From Lama guanicoe (taxonomy: Eukaryota), in the NCBI GenBank assembly GCA_013239625.1, contig MU053561.1, positions 3,837,312 to 3,901,311 of the forward strand: 64,000 bases of DNA, in the 5' to 3' direction. Shown in pieces: positions 1 to 13,181 of the stretch (positions are counted from its first letter, which is position 1; each line of letters begins with the position of its first letter). The notes below the pieces were generated by a model. That model saw only the letters and a list, made by a program, of their open reading frames with translations. It was not told the DNA's origin and did no database searches. The position numbers and the translations under genes are program-made.

Positions 1-35
1 TCATTCATTCATTCATTCAGTATAATGTTAACAAT

Positions 36-150
36 ATGTGCTTTGGAGTCAGCACATCTGGACTTAAAGCCCAGCCCCACCACTCGAGCGCTCGATGAAC
101 TCGGCGAGTTACTTAGTCTCTTTGGGCTTCTGTTTCTTCATCTTATGCCA
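36..150 (+). mobile_element. MIR SINE fragment
   Basis: gctttggagtcag...agttacttagtctctttgggcttctgtttcttcatct resembles the MIR core. Confidence 0.7.
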
Positions 151-653
151 AGGGGCCCTGTTAGGAGGAACAAAAGGGCATCACCAGTGACACGATTATG
201 CCCCCCTGGGCAGGCAGGTAGTGGGTGATTGACAGGTGTAAGCTGTTACCGTTACTATGTCTCTCAGTAAATACGAAATGAGGGCTGGGCTAGTTGCTGA
301 GAGAACAAAGGTGGCGATGTTGGGGGCATAATTTTACCTTCCACTTGTGGATGGAGATATGGGCCAAACTTTTCCTCCAGGCCTGGGTTCTCCTTCCTTT
401 CTATTTCCTTTCTTCCCGCTCCCCTCCGCGTGGAAACTTAATGGTGGAACCAGGAAGAATGGGGGCTCTGTGGTCAGAGAGGAGATGGGAAGACAAGAAC
501 AGTCTGGAATCCTCTCTGTGCCTGGCACACAGCAGGCACTTGACTGTTGAACAATTAATGTGTCTTCTGGGGGCCAAATTCTCAGGAGGAGAATGGAAAT
601 TTAAATCCAATTTCTGGATGTTTTTCATGAAATGGAGTCACTCACTTGGAATT

Positions 654-797
654 CAGGGGTCACAAACTGGACCAACGGATCAGGTCCAGCCCAGTGACAA
701 ATTCTGTTTGGCCTGTGCGGTACTTTAAAAACTGGAAAAGTTCACGTGAAAACCTGGATCTCTGGCTTCTGAAAAATGAGCAGCTCTGGCCACCCTG
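654..797 (+). mobile_element. hAT-Charlie MITE, MER103-like
   Basis: caggggtcacaaactgg...tgtttggcctg...tcacgtgaaaacctggatctctggcttct...ctctggccaccctg, with CAGGG/CCCTG termini. Confidence 0.65.
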
Positions 798-1839
798 AGG
801 CTGCACCCCGAGTGGCAGAGGGAGTCAGTGAGGCGCCCACCATTGCAGGGCCCTGCCTGCCCTGTCCCCGCCGGCACCACCACCCCTGTCGTATTCCAGC
901 CTCCCTCAGCCAGGACCCTGCCTGCTCACACACTGCCCAAGTGAGCCAGGACTGTGTTTGGTGGTCATGGCCACCCTTGCGTGATCGCAGCCCGGAGAGC
1001 CGAGCTGAGAGGCCTCCGGGCACAGCCCTTGCACAAACCCACAGTCTCCCTCCGCTTGGGCTCCCCATCCCCACGACTGATTGCTCTCTTTCCATCCAGA
1101 TACCTTGGCCCCATGTCAACACAGACGATGCTGCCCTTCCTTTGGGACTGCTCCCTTCCAGGCAACAAGAAAATGATTGAAGAACAATTACTGCGGCATC
1201 TGATATCAGGGCAATTTCCCTCTGGCCAGCCAACCCCGGGATGGAACATAACTGCACACTCTTCGCGCACCTTCAGCAGGACTGAGAGTGATCCCATAGC
1301 GGCCTTGGCCTCACTGATTCTGAGATCCGGACAATCAAGAGTGAAGGCACAGGGAGAGGGTTTAAGCATCACAGGGTACCGTGGCTTTCAAGCCAACTTC
1401 ATTCTTTTTATTACACTTTCATTTATTTTTTTCCCAAATGAACCCGTACATGGGGCCTGATGAAACCAGAGCTTCCCCTGGCAGTACCTCCTTGGATTCC
1501 TGGGGGCCCAGAGAGCCCAGATTGGAAAACACTGGTCTAATCACACTGTCTCTTTTACAGATGAGGAGGCGGAGGCCTGGAGAGGGACAGCGGCTTGTCC
1601 AAGCTCATGGAGGGAGGAGCTGGCAGAGTGAGTTCAGAGGCCTCTCCGGGGCTGGCTGTCCTCAGGGCAGCTCCCAGAACAACAGCGCTAACAGCTGGGC
1701 CCCTGGGTGTCACAGCAGCTGACAGATGTGGCCTTCACCTTACAGCATTCAAGCCGGGTGCCTGTCACGCTGAGTGGCAGCACTTTGGGGAGCATCCCCT
1801 GAGTTTCTGGTTTCTACGTCTGTCCAGGCTGAGCCCTGC

Positions 1840-2365
1840 TGTCTCCTCAGAGCAGCCAGCCTCCAAGATGGCCCCGACGAGCCCGCCTCCCGGTATCCAC
1901 GCCCCGTGCGGGGCCCTCCCACCCTGCGCCAGCTTGGCCTGTCAGACCAGTGGAATACAGCAGCAGTGATGGGTGTCACCTCTGAGACTGGCTTAAAAAG
2001 ACACAGCAGCTGCCATTTCTCCCCTGTCTTATGGGGCCCTCCCACCCTGCGCCAGCTTGGCCTGTCAGACCAGTGGAATACAGCAGCAGTGATGGGTGTC
2101 ACCTCTGAGACTGGCTTAAAAAGACACAGCAGCTGCCATTTCTCTCCCTGTCTTATCACTCGCTCTGGGAGGAAGCCCTGCTGGGAGCAGCCCTATGCAG
2201 AGGCTCACAGTGAGACCCTGAAGTCCCCTGCCAGTGGCCACTCAAGGTCACTTCAAACCCTCTCCTGCAGTCCCAGTCATGGGTGCAGGGAACACAGCCC
2301 TGGCTGACAGCTTAACAGAAACCCTATGAGAAACCCTAAGCCAGAACCACCCACCTGAACCACCC
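1840..2365 (+). mobile_element. MaLR LTR, MLT1F-like
   Basis: cagcctccaagatggcccc...ctcccggtatccacgccc...accagtggaatacagcagcagtgatggg matches the MLT1F-type 5' part as I recall it. Confidence 0.75.
1911..2156. repeat. 123-bp tandem duplication (2 copies)
   Basis: gggccctccc...cctgtcttat starts at 1911 and again at 2034; the copies differ by a 1-nt indel; appears as a 41-aa repeat in the ORF track. Confidence 0.95.
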
Positions 2366-2369
2366 GATA

Positions 2370-2865
2370 GATGGACTCTGACATCCAGTCTTCCCTTCTT
2401 AGTAATTGAACCCTGATTTTAAGCTGGCACCTCATTGCCAAAAAAACAAACAAACAAAAAAAACAGGTGACAATTCTCAGGTTCTATGCAGTTAGTATAC
2501 CCATCGATTAAGTCTGGTAAATGAAACAAATGAGAAGTTTGGTGTGTGACCTCCAAGAAATACCCTCAAAGGGTGGAGACATGTCCTTTCTCCTCCTCCC
2601 CTCTTCTGCTGGCTGGAATGCAGATGTAATGGCTGAGCTTGGGCTGCCACTTTGGACCAGGAGATGGTGGCTGTGTACTAAGGAAAGCAGAGCAAGAAAA
2701 TAGGAAACGCCTGTGTCCTTGACATGGCAGGACCCTAATTTTGTCATCAGTTGATTGTCTTCAAGCTTTTTAAATGTGAAATAAAAAAATAAATTTTTAT
2801 CTTATTTAGACTATTGCTATTTGGAGTTTCTGGTTGTTATACAGCAGAACTTAATCCTGAATAAC
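2370..2865 (+). mobile_element. MaLR LTR, MLT1J-like
   Basis: ctgctggctggaatgcagatgtaatggctg...aataaatttttatcttattta...cagcagaacttaatcct. Confidence 0.7.
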
Positions 2866-3049
2866 CAAGAGCTTAAGACATGGTGATTAAAAGTACAGTC
2901 TTTGGAGACTAACAGACCTGAATTCAAATCCTTGAAAGTTTTCTCTCCATCACTTCCCCCGTCCAATCATAGTCAACACCTATGTGTTTACCTCTTTCCT
3001 CTCTCTCAATTTTTTTCCGTTTTTTTTCCATCTCTGCCATTGTCTTTCT

Positions 3050-3495
3050 CCTGGACTTCTAAAATAGCTGATTATCTGGTCATCCAACTCCACTCTTATC
3101 CCTCTTTAATATGTTCCCCTCTATAATCTTCCTAAGCTACAATCTGAATCCTGCCATTTTGCTTAAAACTCATCAATGGCTTTCCATTGACCTTAGGATA
3201 AAGACCAAAATCTCTCAATTCTTTGGCTAGGTCATGCTACATCCCATCACACGCTTTGCACATACTAGTCCTGCAGATGAAAGTCTCCTCCAGATTCCAT
3301 CCCCTCTTGATCCAGTTTACTCCCGGTCACACTCTGAGTCTCCTGAGAGAAGCGTTCTCTGACTGTCATGACTCGTGTGTTTCTCCACGGGACTCCGTGA
3401 GGACGGGCTCTGTCCGCACTCTGCTCACTATGTTTCCAGCACAGGGTCTGGCGGATGGCAGGTGTGTAAAGAACGCTTGTTAAATGAGTCAATAG
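3050..3495 (+). mobile_element. L2 LINE 3' fragment
   Basis: ttgcttaaaactcatcaatggctttccattgaccttaggataaagacc and a terminal ccagcacagggtctggc...gcttgttaaatgagt. Confidence 0.7.
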
Positions 3496-3509
3496 ATGAC
3501 CCCCTACCC

Positions 3510-3640
3510 CCGTGTCTAGTTGTGTGAACTTGGCACTTAACCTCTCCAAGCCTCAGTTTCATCCTCAGAAAATGGAAGTGATGACAGAGTCTACTTCACA
3601 GGGTGGTTGTAATAAATGCGGGAATGGGTGAAGGGTGTTT
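3510..3640 (+). mobile_element. MIR fragment
   Basis: tagttgtgtgaacttggcacttaacctctccaagcctcagtttc...aaaatgg. Confidence 0.75.
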
Positions 3641-4744
3641 CATAGATGTTAGCTGTTGTCATCACTCTCACTGTCAAGGGTGTGACTCTCACTGGCCAGG
3701 TGTGAGCAAGATGGCTGAGCAGGGAGTAAATGCAGCATCTGAAGAGACAAGGACGCTCTTTTCCTGATGCTCAGGATTACAGGACAAGAATAACCCATAC
3801 ACCTCTTCTGTTGTCCACCTGCCTGTGCCACTGGGGTCAGGGAGGGGCTGAACCTTCCTACATGTGTAGGTACCTGTAACTGATGAGGGGTTCATATTAG
3901 ACTTATAGCCCAGTGGGATGGGTAGATATTCATGAGATGATACAATTTAATGAGAAAAAGGCTGGTCTCTATTGTCAGAAGGAGCCTTGTCAACCTTAGA
4001 AATTTATATAGTCACCCTGAACATCCGTTTCCTAATCCATGAAATGCGGAGAATAATAGAACTTATCTGACTTTATCTTATCTTACCTGTGTGTTCAGGG
4101 TTATATGGGAGAAAGTCCCATTGCCCGATATGTAACAAAGACTCAATAAATGGCAGCAAAGACACCCAATCACACCCCTCTTTGATGAGCCTGCTCCTTT
4201 CTGGGGTGATGAGGCCAGGGTGACATGCTAGGGGGCTGGCAGACAGCACACAGGGTAGTGGACAGAGGCTCTCCCCTTAGCAGCACCTCAAACCTAAGGC
4301 AAACCAGATGAGGATGGGCCCCATGAGGTCTCTGTGCTGGGCTCGGGGAGAGAGTCCACAGAGAGAGATGGTCATGGCAGGAGCTCATCCCACCAGGGGC
4401 TGGTCTCTACCCCTGTAAGCAGCACTTGCCCCTGTCCTTGGGGTCTGTTTGAGGGTCATTCTTGTCAACTCCCCTAATCAAAGTTCATTCACAGTCTCCT
4501 CTGTGCTCTCCCCTGGAATCTACCAGAAACAGTGGTAATCACAACTGAGCTCTCCCCTCTCCATCTACCTAGGTCCTTCCCCGGAGGGACAAGGAGAAGG
4601 CAAAGGATGCTGAGCAGACCTAGAATAGACTCACAGGCCCGTTCTGTTGCAGGGCGTCTAACCAGGGAGCCGCCCCACCCTGCCCTGTCCTGTCCTCCAC
4701 TGAGCTGGAAGCATCCTCCTGACCCTGCAAGCAGGATTGGAGAT

Positions 4745-4881
4745 ACAAGTTGCAGACTCTTTGTTAAAAAATTATTAAGAATTTCAAGATGGCGACAGCA
4801 GAGCATTGAACCAGGCACAGGGCCTTTCTAAGCACAAGGCCTGGAGCGACTGCACAGTCACACACCCGGGAGCCAGGCCTG
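4745..4881 (-). mobile_element. hAT MITE, MER53-like (one arm degenerate)
   Basis: Reverse strand reads ...ctgtgcagtcgc...ggttcaatgctctgctgtcgccatcttgaaattcttaataatttttt, characteristic of MER53. Confidence 0.75.
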
Positions 4882-5634
4882 ACCTGCAAGTCCATGCTGT
4901 TAGGACAGCTGTCAAGTGAGACTGCCAGAGAGGTCCTCGGGGAGTAGGAGAGCTTCCTGGGCCCGTGTTTATGTTGGGGTGTCAACAGAAGGAGGAGTGA
5001 AGGTGAAGGGTTGGGAAGTCATGGGCAGAACTTGTTGGAAGGCAGAGTCTGGGTGCCTGCATGCCCATTTGCCTGCTTGCCCAGGATTACTATGCGTGTC
5101 ACCTTCTCATGTGGGTGGCCTGTCCCCATGGGCATTCACATGTATGATGATGGTGTGGGGGGGACCCAGGTTGTGCTGCTTGCTGGCTCGGTGAGACTGT
5201 AACCCCCCAGGATTTCCTCCTCCTGCCTGGATTTTTGATATCTGTGATCTCTTTTCATCCCAGCTGAAATTACTCTTCTCCAGATACTTCAAGAGACTCT
5301 GAGAATTAAACACTTATGGGGCAGACCTAACAACAGCAGGCACATTTATGACCATGGATGGGTGGTTGGGCACCTGACTGTGGGTCTGGGAATGTTGCAT
5401 GCCCACTCCCTCATGTACTGCCTTCCCCAGCAAACACACAGATCACAGGCTCACACTCACACACACACACACACACACTCATGCTTCATACCTCCAACTC
5501 TGGAAAAACAGACTCATGTCAAACCACCACCTCTCCCAATACACACACAAACACACACACACACGATTATGACTTACCCTTATCCAAGTCCCTTTTGGAG
5601 ACAGGTTTCAAGTCCATTAAAAAAGATGAGGTCA

Positions 5635-5962
5635 TGCTATGCTCTGAACATGTACGTCCTCTAAAATATGGTTTAGAAACCCTAACCTCACATGATGGCA
5701 TTTGGAGGTGGGGCCTTGGGAGGTGATTAGGTCATAAGGGTGGAGCCCTCATGTGTGGGATTAGCGCCCTTGTATAAGAGACCCCAGAGGCCCTCTTTCT
5801 GCCATGCGAGGAGGCGAGACGGCAGTCTGCAACCTGGAAGAAAGCCAGGGCTTCCACCTGATCATGGGCTTCTAGCCTCCAGAGCTGAGAAATAAATGTC
5901 TCCTGCTTATAAGCCACCCAGGCTGGGGTGTTTGGTTACAGCAGCCCGAATCGGGTAAGAGA
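5635..5962 (+). mobile_element. MaLR LTR, MLT1A-like
   Basis: tttggaggtggggccttgggaggtgattaggtcataagggtggagccctc...aataaatgtct...ttataagccacccag...ttacagcagcccga. Confidence 0.85.
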
Positions 5963-6780
5963 GGTCAGAGGGTGAGGAGGGGTGTGCAGTGTTCCTCCTC
6001 CGGGGACATTTCTCTCCTCACTCACCCCCCACCAAATCTTCACAAAAGTCTACCACCCTTCCCCAAAGGAAAACTGAAAAATGAAACCAACCAACCAAAA
6101 GCTCAAGACCGCCTCAGTCACATTCCCTAACCCAGCGGGTGGCCAAGTCCCCTTCGAAGGACTCTATATCCAACACCTTGACTTGGGGTCATCCCTAAAA
6201 TGGAACTCGCGTATGTACTGAGGGATTTTAACCACCCAGAAACACTTTGAGAGACCCGAGGATGTGGGGAGGGGGCTGTACCCATGTGCAATATTTATAA
6301 GAGATCCTTTCATATGAACCACAATTTTCAAGTTATAACAAAAATCACTCAATTGTTGGTCACAGCACAATAGGAAAGAAACACAGAAGAGGCCCATGAG
6401 CTTTCCAAACAAAGATCTTATTTAGTTTCCCGATCACACATGTTGAAATCTCCATTCCTCCTAACACTTGAAGCTGCTTCAGCCCATTATGAGGCCAGGG
6501 ATCACTCCCTCTGGAGGCTTAGACAAATAGCCAAGTTCCTTGGGTGAGGGTCATCCCCGGATCTGCTTCCCTTCCAGATGGTTTCCAACTGCCTGGTTGT
6601 CATTCCTCCCACCTCCAGGCCTGCAGCTGGAGTGACCGCTCTGGCAGCCAATTTCACTTTGTCTCTTCTGAGCCTCACCCTTGGCAACTCTCCCAAGAAA
6701 AGTGAAACTTGACGATGGAATTTAAAGTCTTTAGAAATGGGAAGTCAAGCTAGGAGGCACATAGTAAGTGTTTGATAAGA

Positions 6781-6813
6781 AGAATGAATGAATGAATGAA
6801 TGAATGAATGAAT
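6781..6813. repeat. (GAAT)n microsatellite, likely an L2 tail
   Basis: gaatgaatgaat... directly after ggcacatagtaagtgtttgataa. Confidence 0.9.
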
Positions 6814-6869
6814 TTACCCCATGAGCCAACAGCTTCACTAAGAAGCAGGGGAAAAACTACGTCACAGGG

Positions 6870-7050
6870 TTTTGAAGTTTGTTCTTCAGCACACCTGCTG
6901 TAGCATCAGCTGGTGGGCTTTCATCACTGCAAATTTCTGTGTCCTACCCCAGACCTGCTGGATCAGAGTCTTTGGAAGAATGTGACTCAGATCCGGCATT
7001 GCCAACAGACCCCTCAGGGGCTTTTATGGGTTAACAAAGTTGGACTAGCT
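6870..7050. mobile_element. MER5A-like hAT element
   Basis: gcatcagctggtgggc...tgcaaatttctgtgtcctaccccagacctgctggatcaga. Confidence 0.6.
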
Positions 7051-9349
7051 GTATGCCACGGGCGCCGTAGCCTTGGGAGTTCTGGACCAAAGACTGTAGG
7101 GAGTTCTGCCATCATGATTAATATCAAGTGGCTCCTTTCCTTGAATAGCGGTCTGGGGAAATATTAACAGATACTCACTTTGGTTTGTGGGCTGAGCGAA
7201 AGCACAGAAAAGCCTAGAAGAGCCAAAGGACTCATAAAAGCAAGTGCATGAAATATGCTACTTCGCATCTCCTCGATGAGAGCGCTCAGCCCCGCTACTA
7301 CCCAGAGAAAAACAGACGCTGTCGAACAGCGTGTTAAAATGGTGCCAGGTTCTGGGTGATTTCACAGGGAACCCCGAGTTTCACTTCGTGCAGACAGCAA
7401 GCAGAGTGGGAAAAAAGAGGGGTGCTAGTGACTCTGGAGGGTTTTCCCGAACAATTACTCTTATGAAAATACCAGTGCCAACTACAGAGCTGACATCTAG
7501 ACTCAGACTATTACCGTCAGCTGGAAGGAATATTTCATGTCTGCTAGTCAAGCCTGTGATGTTACACAGTTCAACTGCACTAAGTAGAGTTTGCTTCCAA
7601 TAATTTATCTTCTCAAATAAAAGCTCATTTTTCTTCCACAAAGGGATCATTTGTAAAGAGTTCCCAGAATCTCAAAGAAGCATCCTCGCTGGCCAGTGTC
7701 CTCACCTTATTCAGAAGATGTGAGGACACAAACTACAAGTTCTCACTTGCTGGACAGAAAAAAGCACTGATTCTTTAACTTCGAGGGAGCAGAGCATCAT
7801 GGAGTTTCATAAAGGCATAAAATTTCTACTTCAGTCTCTCCCACCTGTCAATGAATTCTCCATCATGCCTCCCACCCCTCCCATCGCAGCCCTGTTCTTC
7901 TTTCTGTGGATCGCTCATGTCAGACAAAACTGGGAGATCAGTAGGCCTTGTCTGCAGAGATGCTCACCTTTCCTCTTGCCCCCACCTTCCTCCCTCTCCC
8001 GAGGGCCCGAGGGCCTCATGCCCTCCCTCCATTTCCTGCCTTCATCCCTAGTACCGAGCCTGCCCAGAGCCTCAGCCCCAGCCCAGCTGGAGTGGCTTGC
8101 AGCCTGTAACATACTGCTCTCCACCACATTTCATGAAGAGAGGGTCTAAATATAAGTGACTGAGGTTGGATTAGCCTCCTCTTTACATGGGTGACTTCCA
8201 ATTACCCGTTGCCTTGGCTGCCCACCTGCATCTCAGATCCCAACTACTCTTGGCAAACAGATGAGCTTCAAATGGGTCCAGGTTAAGCCAGCTGCCCCCA
8301 TTCCTGGGAGTATCCTCCCAATTCCACGACGGGTCCTCGGTGACAATGTGAAGTTGGAGGATTTGATCTTTGGAATCTCCCGTCCGTATTCTTCTCTCCC
8401 TACTCCCTTCCTCCCAGCAGCTCTTATGAGGTCCCTTGTGTATCCCCTCCTGTCAAATGTATGGTGAACTCTTGTCCCACTTCGCTCAGAGTAGTCCCCA
8501 GCTGATGCCTGTTATCCTGGTATCCCATCTGGGTAGCACCTCCTGTCACCCTTGGAAATGACCGTTTTAAGTTATTTTACATAGAAGAAAGGACTTAAGA
8601 TTAGTCATTTGACCTCTGTGTGAATTTGAAATAGTTCTCGTGGGCATTTACATTTTAATGCTTCTCTGTATGTGTAAGTGGAAGTTAATTCCTGCTTGAA
8701 AAAAGGTGGACACCAGTAGGGAGGATGAATAAGTACTTTGAGGTACAAAGTAGCTGGTTGTTCACTGTGACCTTAGAGGCTAGTGAAAAATAGAATAGGC
8801 CAGTCACAGCACTTACCAGGTTGTAGTACGAAGATCTGTTTCCTTGTCTCATGTCTCCTCTTGGATGTAGCAGTTCAGGGCAGGGGCCACGCTTTATTTC
8901 TCTGTCTCTTTCTATATCTAGACAACTGGCACATAATAGTCACTCATTAAATATTTGTTGTGCAAATGAATACAGCAATGATCAAAGGAATAAGGTTGAG
9001 GGGGTGGAATGAGTCTACCAGACTATGACTAATGTAAGGAATACTTCCGTTACCTTGAACTTAATCAAAGGCTTGACGGCAGGTCACCAAGAAGCAATAG
9101 CTCTTAGAGATACAAAAGGGAGAGGTGTGCTTATAAGTGGCAACAAGTCCTTTCCACTCCTGCAGCTCTTAAAGACAAGATGCTAACACTCCTTAACTTT
9201 ACACATAGAATGTATGGAATCATAATTTGAAATAGATAATGCTGTAATGCTAATGTAAAAACAATTTGGTGTTTTTTTAATGAATAAAAAACAAAATTCC
9301 GAATTACTAATTGTCCTGGTTTATTGAATATCTGTTATTCAAAGATACT

Positions 9350-9790
9350 TGAAAGAGCACCTTCCTAACCTTCTGGACACATTCCTTCTTCCCAGAGCAA
9401 CCGTATGGTTGGAATAGGATTTGCCATTTTCTTTTGATCCCACCCTACTGGCCGTAGTGATTTTTTCGGAAGTCGGTATCTAACCCGAGATGGACCAATC
9501 ATCTCACCCCTCTTTCTCAGCCATAACCAAATCTAAGATGGGCCAATGAGAGCCCTTCGTTGGCGTTACCTTGAGTCTCAGATCAGTGTGGTTGGAGATA
9601 TGAGCCTGTGGATTTACCACACTGCCCACAGTGCAGAAGGAGCTGTTCTCAGTGGGAGAGGTGGTGCCAGTCTGAAGAGAAGCAGAGTCAGAGATGGTCT
9701 GATGGGCTTCCCTGGGCCCTTCTTGCTGTACATGAAAACTGTCTACCAGAAAGTTTAAATAGGCTTTTGTCATCTGCACCCATAAGAGAT
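9350..9790 (+). mobile_element. Old ERVL/MaLR-type LTR fragment
   Basis: Repeated ggaccaatca/gggccaatgaga motifs typical of LTR16/MLT1-like LTRs. Confidence 0.4.
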
Positions 9791-10439
9791 CTCATTCACT
9801 CAGCTTGATGCGCCAGAAGCAATAAATTTCAGGTGAGGTTAATGCTATTCTTAGAATCAAAAGATGATTTTCTTGCATTTACATGTGTTATCATCATCCT
9901 CATGCAATCATTAGCACCCAGCTGCTAAAATGAGGAGCTCTCCATGTAATTCAGCTCCTTGTGAAACCAAACACGAACGACTTATTTTCAAAATTCTGTT
10001 TTGTTTGTTTTGAAAAATACGGCTTTATTTCTGGTGTCATTGCAACATTTGATTCTGATGGTTCAGAAATTCACTCTAAAACTTTCAAACGATTCTTGTC
10101 TGCTTTAAAATATTTCCTAGACTATGTCAGTCCAATCCTGATCACCATTTTATATGTTTCTTCTGTTGTCTAGGAACTTCTGCAGCTGGCTGCTTCAGCT
10201 TAGCTACTTTACAAAAAAAAAAAAAGAGAGGGAGAGAGAGAGAGATTCTTTTTTCTTTAAATCAAAATATATGCAGAACTGTTTGAGCAGCTTCTCTCCT
10301 CTCATGGTTTTCTGAGATCTGGGTCACACCTTTCTGTCTCATTTCAGTGAAAGACAGGAGAAAATAAGTTGTAAAATAAATAATGCCCAGATGTAAAGGA
10401 CACATATTTTTTTTGCATGCAAGTTGAATGTACACTATC

Positions 10440-10760
10440 AATTATTGAGACTACTATGAAATCTAACTCAATCTTAGGCTGCATAATAGAAGAATATTTT
10501 CTACAGCAAGGTGGATGACTGATAGCTTCCTACTACTCATTTCTCAGCTCGATGTACACTGTTCTGCTTGGTGATTCAGGATGCCACGCCTGAGAAGCGA
10601 TATTCACAAAACGGCGAAGGTTCAGTGTCTAGGAAGCTGCAGACCTGAAGTCTGCGACATTTTGAGGAACGGATGAGAACACTGAGGATGAGCCAAAAAA
10701 GGAAACAAATAGTGGGAGAGTGAATACGATGGTCCCGTCAGATGGAAGAGAGAGACTACT
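10440..10760 (+). mobile_element. L3/CR1 LINE fragment
   Basis: ctaactcaatcttaggctgcataatagaag...tttgaggaacggatgag resembles the 3' region of the CR1 reverse transcriptase. Confidence 0.6.
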
Positions 10761-10829
10761 TGTCAAAGCCCTTACAGAGGGGATGCAGGCAGAGTGTGAA
10801 TATTTGGACTTGGATAACAGGGTTTAGTG

Positions 10830-10990
10830 CAGGGCAAGGAAAGACCACGACTTGGATCCTGGCTCTGCCACGTGTTATTTATGTAGTTCCAGGCAAGTTT
10901 TTAACCTTGGAGAGTATCCAATTCTTCATATATTAAGATAACAATAATAACATTAGACTATTATGTTTTGGGGAAAATTAAATAGGATAA
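10830..10990 (+). mobile_element. MIR fragment
   Basis: ggatcctggctctgccac...ggcaagtttttaacctt. Confidence 0.7.
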
Positions 10991-11317
10991 GGTGAGTATC
11001 ACCCAGAGACCCCTAAGTTATTCAGCCTTCTGGGTCCTTGTTTTCCTTTAGTCCAAATATACTATTCAAAAGCTAAAAACAGGCCTCTCATACAGATATA
11101 AAATGTACACACATCAAAGACCTATGTAACTCATTGATGAGAGGACCAGAATGGGGAAGTGTTTCAAAGGCATGTAGTAGAGACAGAAATACTGATAGTC
11201 ACTTGAAGAAAGACAGATGAATGACTAAATCTGTGACAAAACCAGTTGATGATCCAATGAAACTGTAACCTTTGGTGGTTATCTTTTCTCTGAGTGGAAA
11301 TAATTTTCATCTCTGTG

Positions 11318-11838
11318 TGTATGGGAGGAAAGAATCTTTCCCTCTACCCATCCTAGGTCACTCAGCTGCGGCCCCTGTAAGGCTGGCCAAAGACAGATTA
11401 ACCAGAGAAAAACAAATAGAAGTTTATTAGCATGTCCATGGTGCTTACACATGGGAGTACCCAGAGATGAGTAACTAAGGGATTAGAATTTGGGTTTATA
11501 GATCAAGTTAGGATAAAACAAAGGAAAAAGGGGTTTGGGGCTTCTGGGTGGTTGGGGAGTGAGGGGAGGAGGCAAGTAATGGGAAGGTGACCAAGAAAAA
11601 CATGGTAAGTAAAGGTCATTTAGTAATGTCGTTCAGTACCTCTTCCTGGTTGGATAGGGAGATATTTTTTACAAATTCAAATTTCCTTTCTAAATATAAA
11701 TTTCCTTTACCAAAGGAAAACTTATGCCCTGTTTTTTTGAGTTTTTCTTGCATATGCAGTTCTCAATGGCCTTTAGCTCAAAATAATCCATATGTCACAA
11801 AGGCATATTTTGGGAGAGCATCTTCTGGTACCCCTTAC
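11318..11838 (-). mobile_element. ERV1 solo LTR, MER34-like
   Basis: agacagattaaccagagaaaaacaaa...tttatt; ends ctcaaaataatccatatgtcacaaaggcatattttggg (reverse of the MER34-type 5' end). Related to the LTR at 17807. Confidence 0.75.
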
Positions 11839-12201
11839 CTCGGCCAAAATGGATTTAATTGCATTGCAGTCAGATAAGAATCATTTTCAGCAAGTTAGCA
11901 TCCACCCTTCCAGAGTTGTAAAATATCCTAATCAATAGTAAGTCATGAGTAAAACACAGGCATGCCTCTAGACAGTGAGATAATCCTTGGGTGGAGCTGC
12001 TAAGTGATGCTTTAGGATGGCACTCAAGGGACATGCGGTCATCCTGTTGCCTGTTTCCAAAATGCTGATCTTTTTTCCCCTCAGTACTTTAATGGACAAA
12101 CAAACTATCTTAAGCTTCATCCCACAAAAGTCCAATTCCATTCTCAATTTCCCGAGGATTTCTTTGGTCTTAGAGTCTTCTGATCACTTCGATTTCCTGC
12201 C

Positions 12202-12545
12202 TGTAATGAGTGGCTTTATGTGTCAACCTGGCTAGATTGTGGTACTCGGTCACTCAATCAAACATGAATCTAGGGGTTGCTATGAAGATATTTTGTAGAT
12301 GCCTTTAACGTCTTTGTTTATGTTTATAAGGCTAGTGGGTCTGATCCAATCAGATTAAAGGTCTTAAGAGCAGAACTGAGATTCCCACCAAGGGAGAAGA
12401 AAATCTGCCTTAAGGGGGCAGCATCAGCTCCTGCCAGAGAGTTTTCCATCTGTTGCTCTGTCCATAGATTTTGGACTTTACAGCTCAATTGGTTGAAATT
12501 TATATATATATATATATATTTAGCTCCTAGTTCTGTTCCTCTTGC
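12202..12545 (+). mobile_element. ERVL LTR, MLT2-like
   Basis: ttatgtgtcaacctggctag...ctaggggttgctatgaagatattttgtagatg. Confidence 0.8.
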
Positions 12546-13181
12546 CAGCCCTCTTGCTCCCTGTGGCAGCTGTCCTCACTCTGCACCAATTTGCTCAATG
12601 CATGGACACTACCAAACGTCACTAAATCTAAGGCTGAGTATGTCACTAACTTTAACAGAAGCTCTGGGGATAATGGAGGAAAATACAACAGAGGAGGCGG
12701 TTGGACTCCTGGATAGTGTCCATCAGCAGCACCAAAGGATTTCCCATGATCAGCATTTCCTTGATTTCCACCTGCAACTATGTTGGAACCCATTCTTTCC
12801 TCCAGTCTGTCTTCCTTAGCTCTCTTCTTGGATACTGGGCCTCTACACTTCAATTTCTTGCAACAGCCAAAAGAAAACTCACAATTGCCACCAATCTGTT
12901 ATACAAAGAATACAAATTCCATGGAGGCAGGAAATTGGGTCTGTTTTATTTCCTGATATATCCCAAGCACCAACAACAATAACGTGCTATCAGGCATTCA
13001 CTACTCGTTGAATGAATGAGTGAATGGAGTGAATTAAATGAGTGCAAATCATTCTTCTCCCAGTTCCTCCCTTTCTAGTTTAGCACCAAATGGGCTATTT
13101 TGCATAACTAAAGACTCTGTTAACAATTTTTGTAGAATAAAATGTCCTCCATCTTTTGCTGAATGGTCGGCATTAGGTGGG

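Noticed and set aside
1749..2307. ORFs with a 41-aa repeat as a repeat protein
   Set aside because: Produced by a 123-bp duplication inside an MLT1F LTR.
4745..4881. MER53-derived miRNA hairpin (mir-1302 type)
   Set aside because: Only one arm of the MER53 palindrome is recognisable, so a pre-miRNA stem is unlikely.
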